Shown piece after piece: positions 57,795 through 64,000 of a stretch of DNA of 64,000 nucleotides. How positions within the stretch are numbered: the first letter of the stretch is position 1; every line of letters begins with the position of its first letter. The stretch comes from Armatimonadota bacterium (lineage in GTDB: Bacteria > Armatimonadota > SYMT01). Below the pieces are notes generated by a model. The model saw only the letters and a list, made by a program, of their open reading frames with translations, was not told the DNA's origin and did no database searches. The stretch spans positions 79,066-143,065 of the forward strand of contig JBKBRF010000014.1 in the NCBI GenBank assembly GCA_046292385.1. Reading direction: 5' to 3'. The position numbers were made by a program, and so were the translations under genes.

Positions 57795-60730
57795 TGCGCT
57801 CCTCCTGTCGTCTCCCGCAGCCGGCTCACCGCCGCGCGGGCCCGCTCCATCTGCCGGCCGAACTCCGCCCAATCACCCTGCCGCAGGGCGCGGTCCGCCG
57901 CCTCGAAGGCGGCCTCGGCCTCGTTCGCCAGCGCGGTCACGTTCGGCGGTGCCGTGGGCGTCCCCACCGGCGGCGGAGCAGCGCCCTGGGTGGGGGCGGG
58001 CGGTCTTCGGGTCGTGGTCCGCGGCGGCGCGGGACCGCCCACGAGCTGCGCGAGGGCCGCTTCGAGAGTTGGCTCCATCACCACCTCGATCCGGGTGCCC
58101 CGCTTCTCCGCCAGGATCACGTACTTGAGCTGCGGAATGCCGCGCCCGCCGGGGCCCGCCCCTTCCACGTAGAGCGGCTTGACGTAGAGCAGGCTCTGGG
58201 CCACCGGCAGTACCAGCAGGTTGCCGTACTGCACGCGCGATCCCTGCCGCGAGAGGAGGGTGATCTGGCTGGAGATCCGGACGTCCGCGGAGATGGCGTT
58301 GTCGACCTGCTCCGGCAGATCGACCTGTCGGTTCGTGGGGAAGTGATACAGCAGCAGCTCGCCGTAGTTGGCGGGATCGCAGCGGGCCACCAGCCACGCG
58401 ATCAGCGAGGTCCCGCCGTTCGTCTTGTACGGCAGGATCATCGCGAACTCTTCCTGCTGCTCGCCCGGGAGGCGCATCAGCACGTAGTACGGCTCCATCC
58501 GCGTGACGGAGGTCGTTTCCCCCTCCTGCAGGCGCTCCGTGGGGAATTCCCACACGTCCGACTGCGCGTAGAAGACGTCCGGATTCGTCACGTGGTAGCG
58601 GTTCAGCTTCGTCGCCTGCAGCGAGAAGATCCCCTCCGGATACCGCAGGTGCGCCCGGAGCCCGTCCGGCATCTGGTCGGCCGGGGTGAAGAGGCCGGGG
58701 AACGCCTGCCGGTAGCAGCGGAGCATCGCGTCCGAGTCGTCCATCGCGTAGAGCGTCACCGTGCCGTCGTACGCGTCGACCACCGCCTTTACGGAGTTGC
58801 GCAGGTAGTTGAACCGGTCGCGAGAGAACTCCGAGGCTTCCTGGCCGGCGGGGAGCTCGGAGGGCGAGCTGTAGGGGAAGGTGTTCGCGTGGGTGTACGC
58901 GTCCTGCACCCAGACCTGCCGCCCGTCCAGCACCACCAGGTAGGGGTCGTGGTCCAGAAGCAGGAACGGCGCCATCGCCGCAATCCGCTCCTGCACGTTG
59001 CGGCGGATCAGGAGCCGGCTGTTCGGCTGGATCTGGTCGCTGATCGTCAGGTTCCAGTCGCCCATGTAGGCGCTGAAGAATGGGCGGTTCACGCCGGTGA
59101 GCGGGATGCCGCCCTTCCCCTCGTAGCGGGTGGTGTGGAAGTCGGTCTCCTGCGGATAGTCGAACTCCGGCACGCCGGACGGCGCGATGACCGGCGGACT
59201 GGGCCGGAGCCCGTAGTAGATCTCCGGCCGCGTCACCTCCACGCCCGGCGTGGTGTCGAGCGGCAGGTTGCGGACCATCCAGACGGGCCAGCCGGTCTCG
59301 TCCGCCTCGTTCACGGCCGCCATCACCAGGCCGTAGCCGTGGGTGTACTGGAGAGTCTCGTTCACCCACTGGCGCTGGCGCAGGCGGTCCCGCATCAGCT
59401 CTCGCGGCGCCAGCATCACCTGGCGGTACTGGCCGTCCACGACGTAGCGGTCGATGTCGACGTCGGAGACGTCGTAGTAGTCGCGGATCTGCTGGATCTG
59501 CTGGAACGCGCGGCCGACCACCCGGTAGTCCCAGAGCCGGATGTTCTTAACGGTGCCCTCCTCGCGCTCCAGGTCCTGGGCGGTGAGCGAGTCGCCGAGC
59601 GCGTACTCCTGGTTCCGGATCGCGTTGAGCCCGTAGGCGCGCCGGGTGAGCTCCAGGTGGTGGCGGATGAACGGTCGCTCCCGGCCCTGCTGGTTTGGCA
59701 CGACGTAAAGCTGCTGCACGAGGCTGGGGTAGAGGCCGCCGACGGTGAGGCCCGCCACCACCATCAGCGTCACGGCGAGGCCGGGCAGCCAGAGCACGCG
59801 GAGGCGGGCGTTGAGGAAGAAGCCGACGGCGGCGACCACCGCCACCACCATCAGGATGTTCAGGGCCGGCAGGCGAGCGTGGACGTCGGTGTACGTCGCA
59901 CCGTAGAAGAGCCCGCTGGGGTTCAGGAGGAGTCCGTACCGGTCGAGCCAGAAGTCCCACGCCTTGGAGAGCATCGTGAGCCCGAGAAGCACCGAGAGGT
60001 GCGCCCGGACCGGATTGTCGACGTAGAGCCGGCCCTGGAACGTGCCGATGGCGCCGTGGGCGGCGTAGACCGCGGCGGTCGCCAGCAGTACCAGGATCAG
60101 CGTCATGAACAGCCAGCCGTCCAGGAACTCCAGGAACGGGTAGCGGAAGAGGTAAAAGCCGACGTCGGTGTTCAGCACCGGGTCGGCTACCCCGAGCCGC
60201 TGGGGGTTCACGAACCGGATCCAGCTCTCCCACTGCGTCGCCGCCACGGTGCCGCCCAGGAAGCCGAGCGCGAGGGAGCCGCCGATCAGCAGCAGGTTCA
60301 GCCCCTCGCGCGCCATCCGGCCGGCGGCGACCTGCCACTCCTGGGCGCCCGCCCGGGGCCGAAGCGCCGGTGAGAAGCGCTGCGCCAGCGCCACGTTGAG
60401 ATAGGTAAAGCCGGCGAGCGCCACGCCGAAGCCGAGCCCCAGCAGCCAGCGGGTGCGGAACAGGGTCCAGAAGACTCCCTGCTGCCCCAGCTCGCCGAAC
60501 CAGAGCCAGTCGACCCAGAACCCGAGCAGCGCCGGCCCGAACAGCAGTGCCACGGCCAGGATGCCGAGCAGCACCACCCAGCCTGTCCGTCTCGTTCTCA
60601 AGCGATACACTCCCCCGCCGCGGAATGGTAGAGGTCGCACGTCTTCCCGGGTGGGGCGGCGACGCCCGCGGGCGGCTTTCCTCCATGATACTCGACTGGT
60701 CCCCGGGGCGCTGTCGAAGGGTTCTCGCAT
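57791..60730 (-). CDS. UPF0182 family membrane protein
   Basis: DWLWF, D.GFY.F..P, NIRLWD, YTHGYG, APFL..D.DPY, NYLRNSVK, GNLLVLP; alternative GTG start at 60610. Confidence 0.92.
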   Translation of the reverse strand: MREPFDSAPGTSRVSWRKAARGRRRPTREDVRPLPFRGGGVYRLRTRRTGWVVLLGILAVALLFGPALLGFWVDWLWFGELGQQGVFWTLFRTRWLLGLGFGVALAGFTYLNVALAQRFSPALRPRAGAQEWQVAAGRMAREGLNLLLIGGSLALGFLGGTVAATQWESWIRFVNPQRLGVADPVLNTDVGFYLFRYPFLEFLDGWLFMTLILVLLATAAVYAAHGAIGTFQGRLYVDNPVRAHLSVLLGLTMLSKAWDFWLDRYGLLLNPSGLFYGATYTDVHARLPALNILMVVAVVAAVGFFLNARLRVLWLPGLAVTLMVVAGLTVGGLYPSLVQQLYVVPNQQGRERPFIRHHLELTRRAYGLNAIRNQEYALGDSLTAQDLEREEGTVKNIRLWDYRVVGRAFQQIQQIRDYYDVSDVDIDRYVVDGQYRQVMLAPRELMRDRLRQRQWVNETLQYTHGYGLVMAAVNEADETGWPVWMVRNLPLDTTPGVEVTRPEIYYGLRPSPPVIAPSGVPEFDYPQETDFHTTRYEGKGGIPLTGVNRPFFSAYMGDWNLTISDQIQPNSRLLIRRNVQERIAAMAPFLLLDHDPYLVVLDGRQVWVQDAYTHANTFPYSSPSELPAGQEASEFSRDRFNYLRNSVKAVVDAYDGTVTLYAMDDSDAMLRCYRQAFPGLFTPADQMPDGLRAHLRYPEGIFSLQATKLNRYHVTNPDVFYAQSDVWEFPTERLQEGETTSVTRMEPYYVLMRLPGEQQEEFAMILPYKTNGGTSLIAWLVARCDPANYGELLLYHFPTNRQVDLPEQVDNAISADVRISSQITLLSRQGSRVQYGNLLVLPVAQSLLYVKPLYVEGAGPGGRGIPQLKYVILAEKRGTRIEVVMEPTLEAALAQLVGGPAPPRTTTRRPPAPTQGAAPPPVGTPTAPPNVTALANEAEAAFEAADRALRQGDWAEFGRQMERARAAVSRLRETTGGAQ

Positions 60731-60834
60731 TCACGGTGACAAAACGAGAGGGGGCGCCATCAAAGAGAGCAAGAACGGTTCGCTCCCCTGCCGGCCGGAC
60801 GCGGGGGTCCTCGCAAGACAGGCGGAAAACACGC

Positions 60835-61392
60835 GTGGAAAACGTCTTTGCAGCCGAGTCGCGCTACTGCGTGGAGCGCAGCGCGGAGGAAGCCTGGCTG
60901 GAGCCGGCGCGGCACGGTCAGCCGTGGGCGCTGGAGCAGTTCTACAGGGGCTACCACGAGCAGGTCTACGCCCTCTGCTTCCGCCTGCTCGGCCGGGCGG
61001 ACGACGCCCAGGACGCGATGCAGACCGCCTTTATGCGCGCCTTCCGGGAGCTGCCGCGCTTCCGCGGGCAGAGCAGCGTGAAGACCTGGATCTACCGCAT
61101 CGCGCTGAACGAGTCGCTCGGGATGCTCCGGAAGCGGCGGGACGGGGCGGAGCTGGACGAGTGTCAGGCGAGCACTTCGGATACCGGCGCTGCGGTAGTG
61201 GAGCAGGTGGCGGTGCGCAGCGCCCTCGCCCGGCTGAAGGCGGACCACCGCGCGGTGCTGGTGCTCCGCTTCTGGGAGGGGCTGAGCTACGAGGAGATCG
61301 GAGAGGTGCTCGGGATCTCGCTCGCCGCGACGAAGATGCGCCTCTCCCGCGCGCGGGACGAGTTCCGCCGCCGCTACCAGGAGGCGCGCTGA
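60835..61392 (+). CDS. ECF RNA polymerase sigma factor
   Basis: DAQDAMQTAF, FRGQSSVKTWIYRIALN, GLSYEEIGEVLG...KMRLSRAR. Confidence 0.92.
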   Translation: MENVFAAESRYCVERSAEEAWLEPARHGQPWALEQFYRGYHEQVYALCFRLLGRADDAQDAMQTAFMRAFRELPRFRGQSSVKTWIYRIALNESLGMLRKRRDGAELDECQASTSDTGAAVVEQVAVRSALARLKADHRAVLVLRFWEGLSYEEIGEVLGISLAATKMRLSRARDEFRRRYQEAR

Positions 61393-62180
61393 TGTTCGGC
61401 GAGCGGCATCCGGTGGATGACGAGCTGGACCGGCTCCTGCGGTCGGCCTGCCCGGACCCGCCGGATCTCGATCCAGAGGAGGCGGACGCGATCTTCCGGT
61501 CGGCGCTGCGCCAGTACCGCCGCAGCCGCCCGGCGGGAGCGGGATGGCGCTTCTTCGCGTGGGGCGCGGCCGCTTCGATCGCGCTCGGTGCCGCCACCGC
61601 CACGGCGTTGGTGCAGCCCGGCACCGGTCCGGCACGGGTCGTACCGGGAGACGCCGCAGCGCGGGCCCCGGAAGTGACCGAGCCGCCGAAGCAGCTCGTC
61701 AAGCGCACCCCGCCGGCCGAGCTGCCGGTGGTTCGGAAGTCGATCCGGGCCACGCCGCCACGACGGAAGCCCGCGTCCGCGAGGCCGCGGGTCCGCAAGC
61801 CGGTCCGGCCGAAGCGGGCCGTCGTTCTCGCTCAATCCGAGCCGATCGCGCCGGAGCCGCCGCGGCAGCCGGTGACGGATTCGCGGGACCTGCTGCTGGC
61901 GAAAGCGGACCTGGAGCTGGCCCGGCGGGTGGAAGAGGTGCGCCGCGAGCAGGCGCTCGCGCTGGCGCCCCGGCTGCTGGTCACGGCGGTGCCGCCGGGC
62001 GACGGTGGCGAGAGCGAGACGGCCGTGCACGGCTGTGACCCGCAGTATGCCCGGGCGGCGGCGTTGCAGGCCGACCCCCTCGGCGGAGTCACGCGGACTG
62101 AAGTGACAGTGACGCCGGACCGGCCGGAGCCGGAAGTGAACCGGGTGGCGCTGCGCCCCTGGTGGAGCATGGGCTGGTAG
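61392..62180 (+). CDS. Putative anti-sigma factor (single TM, Pro/Arg-rich extracytoplasmic part)
   Basis: TGATG coupling to the ECF sigma; DDELDRLLR N-terminus followed by TM FFAWGAAASIALGAATATALV. Confidence 0.6.
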   Translation: MFGERHPVDDELDRLLRSACPDPPDLDPEEADAIFRSALRQYRRSRPAGAGWRFFAWGAAASIALGAATATALVQPGTGPARVVPGDAAARAPEVTEPPKQLVKRTPPAELPVVRKSIRATPPRRKPASARPRVRKPVRPKRAVVLAQSEPIAPEPPRQPVTDSRDLLLAKADLELARRVEEVRREQALALAPRLLVTAVPPGDGGESETAVHGCDPQYARAAALQADPLGGVTRTEVTVTPDRPEPEVNRVALRPWWSMGW

Positions 62181-62216
62181 CGCCGGCTCACTCCAAGTGA
62201 TGGAGGGAGAGAAACG

Positions 62217-63644
62217 ATGCAAGTGAAACGCACGCTCGGCATCAGCACGCTGCTGCTGCTCCCGCTCCTGCCCGCCGTGGCGCAGGAGCCCGCACCGCCC
62301 CCGCCGGCGGACACCCCTGCTGCCGCTCCGGCCGAGCCGGCGGGCACTATCCCCGCCGTCCCGACGATCGCCTACCTCAACCGCGGCGCCATCGATCGGG
62401 TCAATCAACTCGAGCTCAAGTTGAGGCGACTGGAAGAAGGCAGGGCCGAACTCCAGCAGAAGCGAGAGGAGCTGCTGGCGAAGTTCACTGCCAACGCGCC
62501 GGAAGTCTCGCGCGTCGAGAAGTGGCTAAGTGAGCGTGATGAGGAGCTAGCGAAGGCGCGCGCCGAGCTCGCTGAAGCTCGGGAAGAGGCCGACCCGCTG
62601 CGGATCTACCGACCGCTGCTGGAGCGGGTTGACGTGCAGTTCAAGAACGCCACCGTCCGGGAAGCGATCAAGGCGCTCTCCGAGGCTTCCCGCGCCAGGT
62701 TGGCGGTGGCGGAGGGCGCGCCGTCGGATCGGCGGCTCTCCGTAGACGCCCGGGGCGTGACGCTGGGAGCGGTGCTGGAAGCGGTAGCCCGCCAGGGAGA
62801 CCTGATGATCTACCCCGCCGAAGGTGGCGCCCTGCTGCGCGCCCGTCCCATGTTGATCGTGGACGGGAAGTCCGCGGCGTTCAGCGAGAGCCTCGGCGTC
62901 TGGAGCGGCGAGTGGGGCCTCCCCGGCGGCAGCCTCCCGGGAGCGGCGGGTGGCTTCACCTTTCCGGCAACCCCGAACCCGGTCGGACTGCTTCACTCCG
63001 TCCGTGTCACCACTCGCCCCGGCACTCCGGGAGCGACCGTAACGGTCGAGGCAGAGGGCATGGAGACGCCGATCGCAGGCTCTCCTACCGCACCGGCGCC
63101 GGCTCCCGGCTTCTCGGGTCGGCTCGGCGCGCCGGAGAAGCCGTTCGCTCCTTCCACGGCCAACCCATTCGGCGGTTTTCCGCTCACCGACCCTGCCGGA
63201 AGCTCCGGCTATCCCGGAATGCCGTATCAGAACCCCTACGCAGACATCGTCGTGCGGCGCCTCGGTGCCCCGAGCAACGTTTCGGTGACGTCGCTCGGCG
63301 ACGGGATGATCGTGGTGGCGGAGCCCGGTCCCGGGCCGGACGGCGCGACGGGCGCGTGGCTCACCGTCTACCGCTGGCAGGGCGGAAAGCTCGTGCCGCT
63401 CTCCAGCACCTATCACCGGTCGAAGGTCCTGGAGCTGAACCAGGTGCCGCTGCCGCGCGCCGCGCCCCGCTTCGTTCCCGTACCTGGCGCCCCCGGAGGG
63501 CGACCCCGCGGGCTCCCGGCTCCGACGGCCCCCGCTCCGACTCCGCGTGAGGAAACCAGGCCGACCGCGCCGGATATGCGGGCTCTGCCGCCCGCACCCG
63601 CAACCCCGCCCAGGCAGAAGCCTGACAGGTCGGAGGAACGGTGA
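62217..63644 (+). CDS. Exported protein with coiled coil, STN/secretin-N0-like domain and Pro-rich regions
   Basis: GGAGG RBS, signal peptide, LERVDVQFKNATVREAIKAL...LSVDARGVTLGAVLEAVARQ. Confidence 0.65.
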   Translation: MQVKRTLGISTLLLLPLLPAVAQEPAPPPPADTPAAAPAEPAGTIPAVPTIAYLNRGAIDRVNQLELKLRRLEEGRAELQQKREELLAKFTANAPEVSRVEKWLSERDEELAKARAELAEAREEADPLRIYRPLLERVDVQFKNATVREAIKALSEASRARLAVAEGAPSDRRLSVDARGVTLGAVLEAVARQGDLMIYPAEGGALLRARPMLIVDGKSAAFSESLGVWSGEWGLPGGSLPGAAGGFTFPATPNPVGLLHSVRVTTRPGTPGATVTVEAEGMETPIAGSPTAPAPAPGFSGRLGAPEKPFAPSTANPFGGFPLTDPAGSSGYPGMPYQNPYADIVVRRLGAPSNVSVTSLGDGMIVVAEPGPGPDGATGAWLTVYRWQGGKLVPLSSTYHRSKVLELNQVPLPRAAPRFVPVPGAPGGRPRGLPAPTAPAPTPREETRPTAPDMRALPPAPATPPRQKPDRSEER

Positions 63645-63763
63645 GAGACGGCTCCGGTGGGGGAGTTAGGAGAGAGGCCGGCGGGATCACGACCTGCCGG
63701 CCTCTCTGCTAACGCCAGCACCAGTGACGCGAGAAGCGGAGGCTGCCAGTCGGCGCAGTATTT

Positions 63764-63898
63764 GGACTGCGGTAGCTTGCTACCGCTTTCGCCGACGTCT
63801 CCACTTGCGGACCGTCGCCGCCTGCGAGCGCTTGCTCTCGCCACCCGGGCTTTTCGCTCACCGCACGGCTCCACAAAGCGGAAGCAAGCTTCCGCACT
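63764..63898. repeat. REP-like doublet (GGACTGCGG..CCGCTTT type)
   Basis: ggactgcggtagcttgctaccgcttt and aaagcggaagcaagcttccgcact; each arm is a hairpin, with a T-A/A-T compensatory change. Confidence 0.8.
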
Positions 63899-64000
63899 TG
63901 TATGTTAGCTCCAGGTGGGAAGGAAGAAGAAGGTCACCCGCACTTGCCGCCCTTCGGGGACGGACGTTTGGAGAAGACCTCTTCTTCCCTCTCACCGCCG

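Overview
GC-rich bacterial chromosomal window with about 50 CDS, mostly housekeeping and envelope genes (rsmE, class A PBP, tpx, sigH-like sigma, eno, pilT/U, hisS, birA, apgM, coaX, dusB, ompH-like, UPF0182, ECF sigma). I saw no rRNA, tRNA, CRISPR array, integrase or transposase. The mix of a Firmicute-like SigH, a diderm marker (OmpH/Skp) and Planctomycete-like DUF1800/DUF1501/DUF1080/PPC proteins suggests Armatimonadota or a similar lineage; this is inference only. Main highlights: (1) a probable exported thioredoxin-fold selenoprotein (C-I-V-UGA, i.e. CxxU) split in two by the ORF caller at 8950-9486; (2) a ~1-kb non-coding inverted duplication carrying arrays of ~57-nt hairpin units at 25200-26260; (3) many distinct families of intergenic paired inverted repeats, one pair bracketing a 4.9-kb atypical-codon three-gene island and another bracketing a three-gene block between birA and coaX; (4) an ECF sigma / anti-sigma / STN-like protein triad with no TonB receptor barrel; (5) several enzymes with altered catalytic motifs. 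All assignments come from motif recognition by eye; no searches or folding programs were run.
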